A DNA stretch of 64,000 nt, taken from an uncultured Methanosarcinales archaeon. Its GTDB lineage: Archaea; Nanobdellota; Nanobdellia; Woesearchaeales; GW2011-AR4. The stretch is from the NCBI GenBank assembly GCA_964585935.1, contig CAZPFO010000003.1, forward strand, positions 2,544 through 66,543. The letters run 5' to 3'. A program made the position numbers and the translations under genes. The notes below the pieces were generated by a model that worked only from the letters and a program-made list of their open reading frames with translations, had not been told where the DNA came from and did no database searches. Positions 42,580 to 51,723 of this stretch are shown piece after piece (position 1 is the stretch's first letter; every line of letters begins with the position of its first letter).

Positions 42580-44229
42580 ATGCCGACAATAAACATCAAT
42601 AAGCAGGTATTTGAAGAATATGTAGGAAAAAAACTGCCTACAGAAAAATTAAAAGACAGGATAAGCTACCTTGGAACAGATTTAGAAGCCATAACTCCGG
42701 AAGAGATCACTGTGGAGATATTTCCTAACCGTCCTGATATGCTCTCAATGCAGGGTTTCGCCCGCGCTTTTAGTTCTTTTATCGGAGCTAAAACAGGCCT
42801 GAAAAATTATAAAGTCGAAGATTCAAAAGAAAAAGTGATAATCGATAAATCCGTTTCAAAAGTAAGGCCCTATACAGCCTGCGCAATCGTTAAAGATATA
42901 AGATATGACAATGAAAAAATAAAAGAGATCATAGATATACAGGAAAAACTGCATATAACTTACGGAAGAAACAGAAAAAAAGTTGCTATTGGAATTTACC
43001 CATTTGAAAAAATCAAAACACCAATAAGATACATTGCAAAAAAACCAGAGGAGATCAAGTTCCAGCCACTGGAATTCTCTAGAAAGATAAACGGAAGGCA
43101 GATTTTAAGCCAGCATCCAGCTGGCCGCGATTATGGGAATCTGCTGGAAGGCTTAGACAAATTCCCCATTTTTATAGACGCTAATAACGAAATCCTCTCA
43201 ATGCCGCCAATCATAAACTCGCACAGGACTGGAAGAATAACAGCAAAAACAAAAGATGTTTTTATTGAATGCTCTGGATTTGACTTCGATGTATTGCAGA
43301 AATGCCTGAACATTATAGTGGCAGCATTATCAGACATGGGGGGAAAAATTTACTCCATGAAGCTGGAGTATCCCGGCAAATCTTACATAACGCCTGATTT
43401 AAAGCCAGAGAACATAAAAGTTGATATCAATTACATAAACAGATTGCTGGGTCTAAATTTAAAAGAGCCGCAATTAAAAAAACTGTTGGGAAGAATGGGT
43501 CTTGGTTATAAAAATAAAAAGGCAATAATTCCGCCATATAGGACAGACATAATCCACCAAAGTGATATCGCAGAAGATATTGCCATAGCATACGGCTATG
43601 AGAACTTCAAGGAAGAAATACCTGAAGTTGCAACCATTGGAGAAGAAGACAAATTTGAAATCTTCAAGGATAAAATAGCAGATGTTCTGGTTGGTTTGGG
43701 GTTGCTTGAAACAACAACATACCACCTGACAAACAAAGAATTCCAGAACAAGAATATGCTTGCAGACTTGCAGCTGATAGAGCTTGCTAATTCAATATCA
43801 AATGAATACGATGTTTTGCGTTCATGGATCACACCTTCATTGCTTGAAATTCTGAAAAACAACAAGCACCACGAATATCCCCAAAAAATATTCACAATAG
43901 GTTCTGTATTCAAGGCAAACAGCAAAGAGGAAACAAACATTGAAGAAAACGAAAGACTTTCTGTTGTAATAGCAGATGAAAAAACAGATTACACAGAGAT
44001 AAAACAGATTCTCGATTATCTATTGAGAATGCTAAACATAAGGTACGAGATAGAAGAAACAGAACACCCCTCATTTATAGAAGGTAGGGTTGCAAGAATC
44101 AAAGTCAATAACAAGAAAGTAGCTTACATAGGTGAGATTTCCCCGAAAGTCATAACAAACTGGGAATTAGAAACTCCGGTAACAGTTTTTGAGTTGAACT
44201 TGAGTGAATTGTTTGGGTTGATTAAATAA
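42580..44229 (+). CDS. pheT: phenylalanyl-tRNA synthetase beta subunit (archaeal type)
   Basis: B3/4 and B5 domain pattern (EIFPNRPDMLS, PPYRTDIIH). Lies immediately downstream of pheS. Confidence 0.9.
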   Translation: MPTININKQVFEEYVGKKLPTEKLKDRISYLGTDLEAITPEEITVEIFPNRPDMLSMQGFARAFSSFIGAKTGLKNYKVEDSKEKVIIDKSVSKVRPYTACAIVKDIRYDNEKIKEIIDIQEKLHITYGRNRKKVAIGIYPFEKIKTPIRYIAKKPEEIKFQPLEFSRKINGRQILSQHPAGRDYGNLLEGLDKFPIFIDANNEILSMPPIINSHRTGRITAKTKDVFIECSGFDFDVLQKCLNIIVAALSDMGGKIYSMKLEYPGKSYITPDLKPENIKVDINYINRLLGLNLKEPQLKKLLGRMGLGYKNKKAIIPPYRTDIIHQSDIAEDIAIAYGYENFKEEIPEVATIGEEDKFEIFKDKIADVLVGLGLLETTTYHLTNKEFQNKNMLADLQLIELANSISNEYDVLRSWITPSLLEILKNNKHHEYPQKIFTIGSVFKANSKEETNIEENERLSVVIADEKTDYTEIKQILDYLLRMLNIRYEIEETEHPSFIEGRVARIKVNNKKVAYIGEISPKVITNWELETPVTVFELNLSELFGLIK

Positions 44230-44231
44230 AA
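44180..44231 (+). repeat. 52-bp direct repeat, copy 1 (3' end of pheT including the stop)
   Basis: TAACAGTTTTTGAGTTGAACTTGAGTGAATTGTTTGGGTTGATTAAATAAAA is identical to 45526..45577. Confidence 0.95.
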
Positions 44232-44298
44232 TTTAATATAGCTATTATTTTTATCTCTAAATCTCAAACAAGCAAATAAAAAGATTTTTATAGTAGTT

Positions 44299-44748
44299 AT
44301 GCCAAAAAATGATATTATGAAAAGGTTAATACTTGTGTTAATATTTGTTGTATCCCTTTTTGGATGTAATACTGGAGAGAGGATACAAACAGATAGTGGA
44401 GATGGCTACAAAGGCATCATTGAGGATAATAAGTATGCTCCAGCTGGTTGTACCCCAGTAACTGGTCAAATAGGGTGTGGAGATTTTAAAGCATCAACAA
44501 CTCAAGTTGAGGTAGAAATTCTAGTATATGGTTGGGTTGATTCTACAGTTTATCTTGGGGACGGCAATATAGAAATCCCATGCGAACCAAACGATTCAAA
44601 AAAATCAGAGAGAGATTTTAAATGGTTTATATGTAAAGGAAACTTCATTCCAGGACCTTTAACTACCTTAATAACAATAAAACATATCAATAATGAAGGG
44701 GAAGAAGAATTAATTACTGGAAAACTTCGAGTGAGGGTGGAGGGATAA
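44299..44748 (+). CDS. small lipobox protein
   Basis: MKRLILVLIFVVSLFGC signal. An alternative leaderless ATG at 44320 lies about 26 nt from a TATA-like box. Confidence 0.5.
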   Translation: MPKNDIMKRLILVLIFVVSLFGCNTGERIQTDSGDGYKGIIEDNKYAPAGCTPVTGQIGCGDFKASTTQVEVEILVYGWVDSTVYLGDGNIEIPCEPNDSKKSERDFKWFICKGNFIPGPLTTLITIKHINNEGEEELITGKLRVRVEG

Positions 44749-44812
44749 GAAAATAAGTTAATCACAAATTTTTCTGGAAAAATTTAAATATATAAAATCT
44801 CAGGTTAATAAT

Positions 44813-45439
44813 ATGCTAACTGAAAATAGTTCTGGAGCTGGAAAGAATGCTCTTATTCCTGAAGAAATCAAGAAATGGAATTGGGGAGCTTTTCTGTTGA
44901 ATTGGATATGGGGGCTTAGAAATAACACTTATATTGCATTATTGATGTTTGTACCCATTTTAAATTTCATAATTCCATTTTATTTGGGTTTTAAAGGAAA
45001 TGAGCTCGCTTGGAGAAATAAAAAATGGGAGAGTTTAGAAGAGTTCATTAAAATTCAAAAAAAGTGGGCTATGTGGGGCATTATAATCATTATTCTTTTG
45101 CTTGTTATTAATATCGCTATATTTACTATAGCTGCTAGTAAAGTTAATTTTTTTGAAACAGTAAAAGTCGCTAATTATATATCGAAAGAAGCTCTTGATG
45201 TAGTACAAGCAAATGAAGAAGCTGTTAATCTATTTGGAGAACCAATCAAAAATGAGTTAGGTAGGGAAGGTAAGTTTAGTGGCAATGAAAAAGAAATATT
45301 GACTGCCTCCCAAAAAATCAGCGGTCCAAATAAAAAAGGTACAATCTTTTTAAAAGCGAAGAAAATACAAGATAAATATGAGATTTACTTTTTAGAAGTA
45401 AGAAGTGATGATGGGGAAAAATTGGTAATCCTAGAATAA
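44813..45439 (+). CDS. membrane protein (3 TM) with soluble C-terminal domain
   Basis: WNWGAFLLNWIWGLRNNTYIALLMFVP and two further hydrophobic helices. No function assignable. Confidence 0.5.
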   Translation: MLTENSSGAGKNALIPEEIKKWNWGAFLLNWIWGLRNNTYIALLMFVPILNFIIPFYLGFKGNELAWRNKKWESLEEFIKIQKKWAMWGIIIIILLLVINIAIFTIAASKVNFFETVKVANYISKEALDVVQANEEAVNLFGEPIKNELGREGKFSGNEKEILTASQKISGPNKKGTIFLKAKKIQDKYEIYFLEVRSDDGEKLVILE

Positions 45440-45525
45440 TCAAAAAAACCCACTTCACCACCCTTTTCATCTACAACCTATTGTGAAAATAGGTAATAAT
45501 TACTTCACTAGCTAAGAAACACCAC

Positions 45526-45577
45526 TAACAGTTTTTGAGTTGAACTTGAGTGAATTGTTTGGGTTGATTAAATAAAA
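45526..45577 (+). repeat. 52-bp direct repeat, copy 2 (orphan pheT 3' end)
   Basis: Identical to 44180..44231. Confidence 0.95.
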
Positions 45578-45595
45578 AAGAAATAAAATATTTAC

Positions 45596-46342
45596 TTACC
45601 CTCCACCAAAAAGCCACTTAAACCAGTTTATTATTTTTTGAATAAAGCTCGCTTCAATACACTTGCTATTTACACATACATTACTAACACATTCATAATT
45701 ATTACTACAAGATTCTTCCTTTGATTTTTGCTCTTTTATTTCGTTATCCAGATCGCAGAATCGTCCTTTAATCCTGACCCCATAAGGGATACATTTTTCA
45801 TCTGACATACATCCATCACAAGGAATCCTTTTTTGTGTTGGTTCTTCAATTGGTGGCTCTTCTTCAATAACTTCTGGAGGAATACCTTCTTCTGATGACG
45901 CAACTTTATAAGCTATTTCAATAGTTTCTCTGTTATTTAGATCCTGTACCTTTATTGTAGGATTATCGCTTGTTTTTTTATCCGAACCTTGGTATCTCAT
46001 AACTCCATAATTTTTAAGGTAAAAATATTCTTTTTTAGATACTGAATCAGATTCATCACCTGTAATATCCACTGAATATGTGCCCATTTCTCCATCTCCA
46101 TCGAGGTCAACCTTAACAGAAAAATCATCCGAACTAATATCTGAACTGCTAACAACCTTATAAGTTTCACCACCAAGCTTCAAAGAAGCTTCTGCATAAT
46201 CTTCTTTGTCTGATTCATAAACAACCTTGCCAGCCAAATTAACTTCATTTCCAGAAAGCCAATCAAAAAAACCCGCTTGTACACTTGGAACAATTAGAAA
46301 TATTGATACTAAAAAAAACAAAAATAAATTTTGATACTTCAT
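45596..46342 (-). CDS. secreted protein with C-terminal Cys-rich region
   Basis: Signal peptide LFLFFLVSIFLIVPSVQA, C-terminal CDGC..C..C..C..C..C pattern, and a GAGGTGA RBS. Confidence 0.55.
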   Translation of the reverse strand: MKYQNLFLFFLVSIFLIVPSVQAGFFDWLSGNEVNLAGKVVYESDKEDYAEASLKLGGETYKVVSSSDISSDDFSVKVDLDGDGEMGTYSVDITGDESDSVSKKEYFYLKNYGVMRYQGSDKKTSDNPTIKVQDLNNRETIEIAYKVASSEEGIPPEVIEEEPPIEEPTQKRIPCDGCMSDEKCIPYGVRIKGRFCDLDNEIKEQKSKEESCSNNYECVSNVCVNSKCIEASFIQKIINWFKWLFGGG

Positions 46343-46536
46343 TTTAATTTCACCTCAAGATTTTAATTTTATTTAAATAACTATTTATAGCTTTTATTAA
46401 ACTTAGAATTAATAAAGATATCGATTTTGCCCAAGCAGGCATATTACGAAAAACCCTACTTCAACTTTAAAGAACTAAAAAAACATTAACTTGCTAATTG
46501 AAATAAAAAATAGTTAAAACACAAATTATTTTTTTG

Positions 46537-46854
46537 TTACTGTTCAACCCAAATCTCATATGGGTTTTTAGAATCAAACATTTTACCTTTAATAATAATT
46601 TCTTTATTATTTCTTCTTGCTTGCACCATCATTTTTCGCTGATAATAATTAAGATTGATTACAAAAAATAATATTACTATGGCCATTATGAACCAGGATA
46701 AATTTTTAATATTTTCTGGAACAATAAAATATGAGATTAGTGCTATGATAACTACAAACAGGTACCAAATTAAATTCTTTTGTTTAAATTTATAAATAAT
46801 ATACTTTTTCTTATTTCTTTGTTCTTCTCTACCTTTCTCATAAAATATATTCAT
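46537..46854 (-). CDS. small two-helix membrane protein
   Basis: 105 aa with two hydrophobic segments. No recognisable motif. Confidence 0.4.
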   Translation of the reverse strand: MNIFYEKGREEQRNKKKYIIYKFKQKNLIWYLFVVIIALISYFIVPENIKNLSWFIMAIVILFFVINLNYYQRKMMVQARRNNKEIIIKGKMFDSKNPYEIWVEQ

Positions 46855-46913
46855 AAATAATAAAATATTGCAACTTATATTTAAATAATTCGAAAATTCT
46901 TTTACACCTACTT

Positions 46914-47345
46914 TTACTTCTCTTCAGCCTTTTTATCCTTCGCTTCCTTTTCCTTCGGCTTCTCTGTTTTAACTTTCTCTTCCTTTGCTTTTTTCTTAGC
47001 CTCTTTCCTCTCTTCTTTCTTAGCCTTCTTCTTATCTTTACCCTTCTCTTCTTCAACAACTTTCTTCTTTCTTATTCTCTTAGGCCTTTCTGTTTTCTCT
47101 TTTGGTTTAGTGCTTCTGACTTCTATGCCTTTCTCTTTCAATGCTTCAGCAACATCTTCATGAGAAGCCCCTTTCTTTATCTTTAAGACTTCCCCTAAAG
47201 GCTCCAGGTGAAGAATATTGCACTTTCTTCTCCTTGTTTCACCATCTATAAGAACAAAGTTACCATCAAGAATATCAACAACAACACACTTTCCACCAGC
47301 GTCCCTGCCAGCAGTTTTTAAACACAATCTTCCAACTTCAATCAT
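46914..47345 (-). CDS. rpl14e: ribosomal protein L14e with Lys/Glu-rich C-terminal tail
   Basis: MIEVGRLCLKTAGRDAGGKCVVVDILD (KOW). GGAGGA RBS 8 nt upstream of the ATG at 47345. About 70 aa K/E tail. Confidence 0.85.
   Translation of the reverse strand: MIEVGRLCLKTAGRDAGGKCVVVDILDGNFVLIDGETRRRKCNILHLEPLGEVLKIKKGASHEDVAEALKEKGIEVRSTKPKEKTERPKRIRKKKVVEEEKGKDKKKAKKEERKEAKKKAKEEKVKTEKPKEKEAKDKKAEEK
46918..47000. repeat. 83-bp near-identical DNA repeat encoding a K/E-rich tail (copy in rpl14e)
   Basis: Matches 57753..57835 in rps3 with 1 mismatch. Encodes KKKAKEEKVKTEKPKEKE(A/G)KDKKAEEK. Confidence 0.85.
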
Positions 47346-47454
47346 TTTTATTCCTCCAGTCTCCATCCAAAGAGTCTGTCACCAAAACCCGGGAGATTAT
47401 TAAGTTATTTTTTTAGTTTATTTTAATTTTTTATTGATAATTTTAATATTGATT

Positions 47455-47724
47455 TTACTTTTTCCTTGCCTTTTCTACAAAAACCAATCTCATACATTTA
47501 CTGCATAAAACACCGCCATAGGGTCTTTCAGGCCTCTTCTCTGTTTTGCTCATTGTCATCATCTTATGCGGCCTTTCTCTTGGCACGCCCTTCAGTATAG
47601 CCTTGCATCTACCGCACTTGGCCTTGCTTGGCTTCTTCCTCTTATAATGAATAACTGTTTTTCCGCCAGGCACTTTCCTGTACACTTTCCTCCAAGACCT
47701 CGATCTTTTGTTTGGTGCAGGCAT
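47455..47724 (-). CDS. rpl34e: ribosomal protein L34e
   Basis: SRSWRKVYRKVPGGKTVIHYKRKKPSKAKCGRC.. Confidence 0.9.
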   Translation of the reverse strand: MPAPNKRSRSWRKVYRKVPGGKTVIHYKRKKPSKAKCGRCKAILKGVPRERPHKMMTMSKTEKRPERPYGGVLCSKCMRLVFVEKARKK

Positions 47725-47788
47725 TTTAATCCTATACGAGAAAATGTGTTTTATTTATAAAGCTTTGGATTGAAGATAATCTGCCTTT

Positions 47789-48538
47789 TCAGTAGACCTT
47801 CATCCATTTTCTCAATAAAATACTGAATACCAGAGAAAGTATAATATAAGTCCCCAACCATCCAATCTTCCAAAATCCCAGGTTCAGAACAATATTCTTC
47901 TCATTATCTATTTTTATCATGTTTATATTTCCGTCTCTAACACTTTTAATAGGCTCTTTGTATTCAAATTCTGTTGAAATTAGAACTTCTTTATTGTATT
48001 TCTGATTGTTAAAGTCATATTCCAGCAGATACTCTCCTGCATCACCCTTCAAGACCCACTTGATCTCACCATCTTTTACTTCTTTAACAGACCCCCCTTC
48101 AATAAATAAGCCTTCAGGAACACTAAGCGCTATCTCTCCTTCAGCATTTTTCTCGAAAATAACAGTTGTTGTAAAGTCCTGGTCTGGCAGGATAGGCGCA
48201 TAAGCAAGATGCCCATTCATCCACCCAAATATTAATATTATTGGTAGAAACGTAAACAAGGTTGACTTCATAGAATGGCTCATATATTTCATATTTATCT
48301 TCATAGACCTTTTCTGAACCTCCATTGCTTTCTTGGGATCATGCTTCAATTCCTTAATCTGCTTTTGAAACTCTTTCATCTCAGCCTTCAAATCCTTCAT
48401 CAGGCTTTGGTTCGTTGTAAACTTATATACCAGTGTTATAATCAAAGAAATCATAAATGACAGTATCACAACAGCCCACAGGATAGGCAGTTTGAGCAAA
48501 GGGATCAATACAGGGTTTAACAAATTATCAAATACCAT
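47789..48538 (-). CDS. DUF106/EMC3/archaeal YidC-like membrane insertase homologue with extra C-terminal domain
   Basis: TM1, then the coiled coil KDLKAEMKEFQKQIKELKHDPKKAMEVQKRSMKINMKYM, then TM helices. The position next to secY is the conserved archaeal one. Confidence 0.6.
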   Translation of the reverse strand: MVFDNLLNPVLIPLLKLPILWAVVILSFMISLIITLVYKFTTNQSLMKDLKAEMKEFQKQIKELKHDPKKAMEVQKRSMKINMKYMSHSMKSTLFTFLPIILIFGWMNGHLAYAPILPDQDFTTTVIFEKNAEGEIALSVPEGLFIEGGSVKEVKDGEIKWVLKGDAGEYLLEYDFNNQKYNKEVLISTEFEYKEPIKSVRDGNINMIKIDNEKNIVLNLGFWKIGWLGTYIILSLVFSILLRKWMKVY

Positions 48539-48595
48539 TTTATTAATTTATTTTTTAATTAGTTTTTTTTATAATAGTTTCGTTTTAATAAATCT

Positions 48596-50002
48596 CTATC
48601 CTCCCATAAACCTTCTCATCATTGGATTCATATCCATCATGTGCTGCTGTGCTATCTCTTCATAAAGCCTGTAAACAATCATAACGCTAAGCAATATTCC
48701 GGTTCCCCTGCTCAAGGCCCCTGTCAAATCCGCCAGCCCTGCCAAAAAACCAACAGCCAAGCCACCCATGACAGTCAATGGCCATATATATCTGTTTAAG
48801 ATTCTTTCCAGGATCCTCTCATCCTTCCTAAAGCCGGGTATTTGCAGGCCAGAACTCATCATATTCTTTGCCTGGCTTTTGGCATCCATGCCTGCTGTCT
48901 GTACCCAGAATATGCTGAAAATAACAGCTCCTACTATCATAAAGAGCAAATAAGCCAAAGCCTGCCACATTTCTGAAAAATTAAAAGAACCTGTTATAAC
49001 ACTCCTCACAACATTCGGGCTTTGTATAAAATAAACCAGCCCGGAGATTGGCTGCCCTGACGATTCGCTGAACCTCCCTAGCAAAGGAAATCCCCAGTTT
49101 TGCAGCAACCTGCCCCATAGCTGCATATTCGCCATCAACGCAGCCACCAGAATAACAGGAATATTTGATGTGTAAAGGAAGCTCAAAGGCCACCTTATTC
49201 CATGCCCCCTCACTCTCCCAAAACTCAATGGAATCTCTACCTTCATTGCCTGGGCATAAACCGAAATAACAAACACTAAAACAGTAGATAATAACGCTGC
49301 AAGCATTATGCCTGCTGTTGTAGGGTCGCCAGCTGCAAGGCTTTGGAATAAAGCAGGCACCGCTCCTATTGAATAAGTGACTCCTGCTAAACCAGTAGGT
49401 CCTGGCAGCCAGTTAAACGCCTGTATGAATATCTCCTTGCTAACCCCGGCTACAATAAATAAGCTCAATCCAGAGCCAAAACCCCACTTGCTCACTACTT
49501 CATCCATAAACAGGATCATTATACCTCCTAAAATCAATTGAAAAATTAATACAAGCTGCAACTGGAAATAAAATGCAGTGCCCTGGAACTGCGTAGCCGG
49601 AGCCAAACCACCCATAAAAACATAGATTGCACCCTCAAAAACAATGAAGAATATTGCAAGAAGTTTTTGAACTCCCTGGAAAGTCCTTTTGCCCTCAGGG
49701 CTTGTTAAATCAAATTTCAAAATACCGGATCCATTCAATAACTGCAGAACGATGGATGCAGTGACTATTGGCCCAATACCTAAGCTGATTATAGAGCCGA
49801 ACTCCGCTCCTAAAATGATAGATAAATTCTGAAATTGCTGCAGGGCATTAACTCCAAGGCCAAATAAAGGCAATAAGCCAAGAAAATAAAAAATCACAAG
49901 AATAACTGCTGTCCACTTCAGCTTTTCCTTAAAGGAAAGCATCTTCTGAGTAGGCCCTTCAACTTCAGGCAGATTGTTCAAAAAAGTTTTCCAGACAGAC
50001 AT
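48596..50002 (-). CDS. secY: preprotein translocase subunit SecY
   Basis: 10-TM profile. Conserved position after L15. Confidence 0.92.
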   Translation of the reverse strand: MSVWKTFLNNLPEVEGPTQKMLSFKEKLKWTAVILVIFYFLGLLPLFGLGVNALQQFQNLSIILGAEFGSIISLGIGPIVTASIVLQLLNGSGILKFDLTSPEGKRTFQGVQKLLAIFFIVFEGAIYVFMGGLAPATQFQGTAFYFQLQLVLIFQLILGGIMILFMDEVVSKWGFGSGLSLFIVAGVSKEIFIQAFNWLPGPTGLAGVTYSIGAVPALFQSLAAGDPTTAGIMLAALLSTVLVFVISVYAQAMKVEIPLSFGRVRGHGIRWPLSFLYTSNIPVILVAALMANMQLWGRLLQNWGFPLLGRFSESSGQPISGLVYFIQSPNVVRSVITGSFNFSEMWQALAYLLFMIVGAVIFSIFWVQTAGMDAKSQAKNMMSSGLQIPGFRKDERILERILNRYIWPLTVMGGLAVGFLAGLADLTGALSRGTGILLSVMIVYRLYEEIAQQHMMDMNPMMRRFMGG

Positions 50003-50016
50003 TTTAGATAAGTTTT

Positions 50017-50490
50017 CTATTCTTTCTCTTTAACTTCCTCTTTTTTTACTTCTGATAAGATTATTTCCCCGCCACTGCTTTTTATTTTCTCAACAGCTTT
50101 CTTTGAAGCATAAGGTACATTTATTTTAAGCTTATTTAATACCTTCCCCTTGCTCAATAATTTATTAAAGCCCAGCTTTACCATATCAACAATATAAAAA
50201 TCTCCTTCTTTGGAAACAAGTTTTTTATTCAAAAAAGAGCTCAACCTCTCTTCTATTTCACTTATATTCACAGCTTTCACTTTTCTCTTAACGCCTTTGC
50301 TCTTAAATCCTGTTTTCCCAAAGTATTTCTCTTTCCAGAATTTTGGCTTAGTTGAATCTCCTCTTTTGCCGCTTCCGGCATTGCCCCTCCCGCCCCTATT
50401 TCCGGCTCCCCTATTCTTCTTCATGCTTCCATAGCCATGGGTTGTGGAGCCTCTCTCCTTTACCTTCTTCTTTCTTTTATTAACGACCAT
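50017..50490 (-). CDS. rpl15: ribosomal protein L15 (uL15)
   Basis: GYGSMKKNRGAGNRGGRGNAGSGKRG. Confidence 0.9.
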   Translation of the reverse strand: MVVNKRKKKVKERGSTTHGYGSMKKNRGAGNRGGRGNAGSGKRGDSTKPKFWKEKYFGKTGFKSKGVKRKVKAVNISEIEERLSSFLNKKLVSKEGDFYIVDMVKLGFNKLLSKGKVLNKLKINVPYASKKAVEKIKSSGGEIILSEVKKEEVKEKE

Positions 50491-50948
50491 TATAACATCC
50501 TCTTGATTAAGTCATTTATCTTCTCGCCCATGTAGCCTAAAGCTCCTCCTTTGCTAAAAGAGACCTTTATGCCTTTCCTCGCAAAACCCCCTTTAGGCAT
50601 ATTCAGCCTGAAAAATTTCTTTATTTTTTTGCCATTAACTTCTGTAAAATCATTATACTTCACTTTTCCCTTCTTGTCTTCTTCTCTGCCTTTATACTCT
50701 TCCCCCCTTTTCTCAGCTAACAGCTTAAAAGTTTCATCATCTATCTCGCCCCAGGCAGTATAATCCTTGACCTTTTCCATCATACCCTTATACAGGCTAT
50801 TATTTGGGACAACAACACAAACATTTTTTCTGTGTAGTCTTAAAAATTTCATTGCGTCATCTATACCTCTCTTTACACCGGTAAGGCCCCTGATCCTGAT
50901 TACTGCAAGGTTTCCTTTACTTTCTTCCTTATCCACTTTCTTGTTCAT
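50490..50948 (-). CDS. rpl30: ribosomal protein L30 (uL30)
   Basis: LAVIRIRGLTGVKRGIDDAMKFLRLHRKN. Confidence 0.9.
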   Translation of the reverse strand: MNKKVDKEESKGNLAVIRIRGLTGVKRGIDDAMKFLRLHRKNVCVVVPNNSLYKGMMEKVKDYTAWGEIDDETFKLLAEKRGEEYKGREEDKKGKVKYNDFTEVNGKKIKKFFRLNMPKGGFARKGIKVSFSKGGALGYMGEKINDLIKRML

Positions 50949-51723
50949 TTTCTTCTTCCTTCACATTCGCAACATCCGTGCTTGAGATGCCTTCTACAAA
51001 ATTTCCATATTTCCCGTGTATTTTCATCTCCATAAGCCTTCTTAAAGCATCAAAACATGCATTCACCAAATTCAGCTTTGTTTTTGTCTGCCCCAAAGTT
51101 TTTGACCAAATATCTTTTACTCCAGCCATCTTTAATATTTTTTTGCATTCCTCATCCACACATAATCCAGTGCCTCTTGGAGCAGGAATCAATTTGATAA
51201 TTACAGAACCGCACTTCCCTTCAACAGCAAAAGGCATCGTATGTGCCTCCTTGCAGCCGCATTGCCAGCTACCGCACCCCCTCCTTATCTTTATTATATT
51301 CAATTTAGCATTCCTTATTGCTTTCTCTCTTGCAGGCACAGTCTCTTTGCTCTTCCCATAACCCACCCCGATATAACCATCTTCATTGCCCACAATAGCA
51401 AAAGTGGCAAATTTAGGTTTATTGCCTTCCTGCGTTTTCTTTTGGGTTTGCTTGAATACTCTCTTTGAACCGCCTCCAAATTTCCCTTTTGACTGCCCCA
51501 CTAACAGTAAATCAGTGCTCAAATTTGGCAATAAAACATCGACAATCTGGTCTTCCAGTATTCTATCCCTCTTATCCAGAATCTGATCTATGTTCATTAC
51601 CTCTCCGCTTTTTACTTTCTTGCCTAATGTAGTTTTTGGATTCCAGCCTTCTTTATCAAATTCCCTTTTTGTCTCTCTGGTTTCCCTTCTGGGGAATCTT
51701 CTACCTCTGCTTTTCTTTTCCAT
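50929..51723 (-). CDS. rps5: ribosomal protein S5 (uS5)
   Basis: dsRBD plus S5 C-terminal domain pattern (FATFAIVGNEDGYIGVGYGKSKE). Operon position. Confidence 0.9.
   Translation of the reverse strand: MEKKSRGRRFPRRETRETKREFDKEGWNPKTTLGKKVKSGEVMNIDQILDKRDRILEDQIVDVLLPNLSTDLLLVGQSKGKFGGGSKRVFKQTQKKTQEGNKPKFATFAIVGNEDGYIGVGYGKSKETVPAREKAIRNAKLNIIKIRRGCGSWQCGCKEAHTMPFAVEGKCGSVIIKLIPAPRGTGLCVDEECKKILKMAGVKDIWSKTLGQTKTKLNLVNACFDALRRLMEMKIHGKYGNFVEGISSTDVANVKEEENEQESG

Larger units (their letters stand above)
44232..45577. mobile_element. 1.35-kb two-gene cassette bracketed by the pheT 3'-end duplication
   Basis: A perfect 52-bp direct repeat flanks two small surface-protein genes. No recombinase is present. 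Confidence 0.4.

Noticed and set aside
46838-47059. K/R-rich ORFs 46838..47059 (-) and 57709..57939 (-).
   Set aside because: They are alternative reading frames of the Lys/Glu-rich tails of rpl14e and rps3. They have no independent start context and they overlap the true frames.
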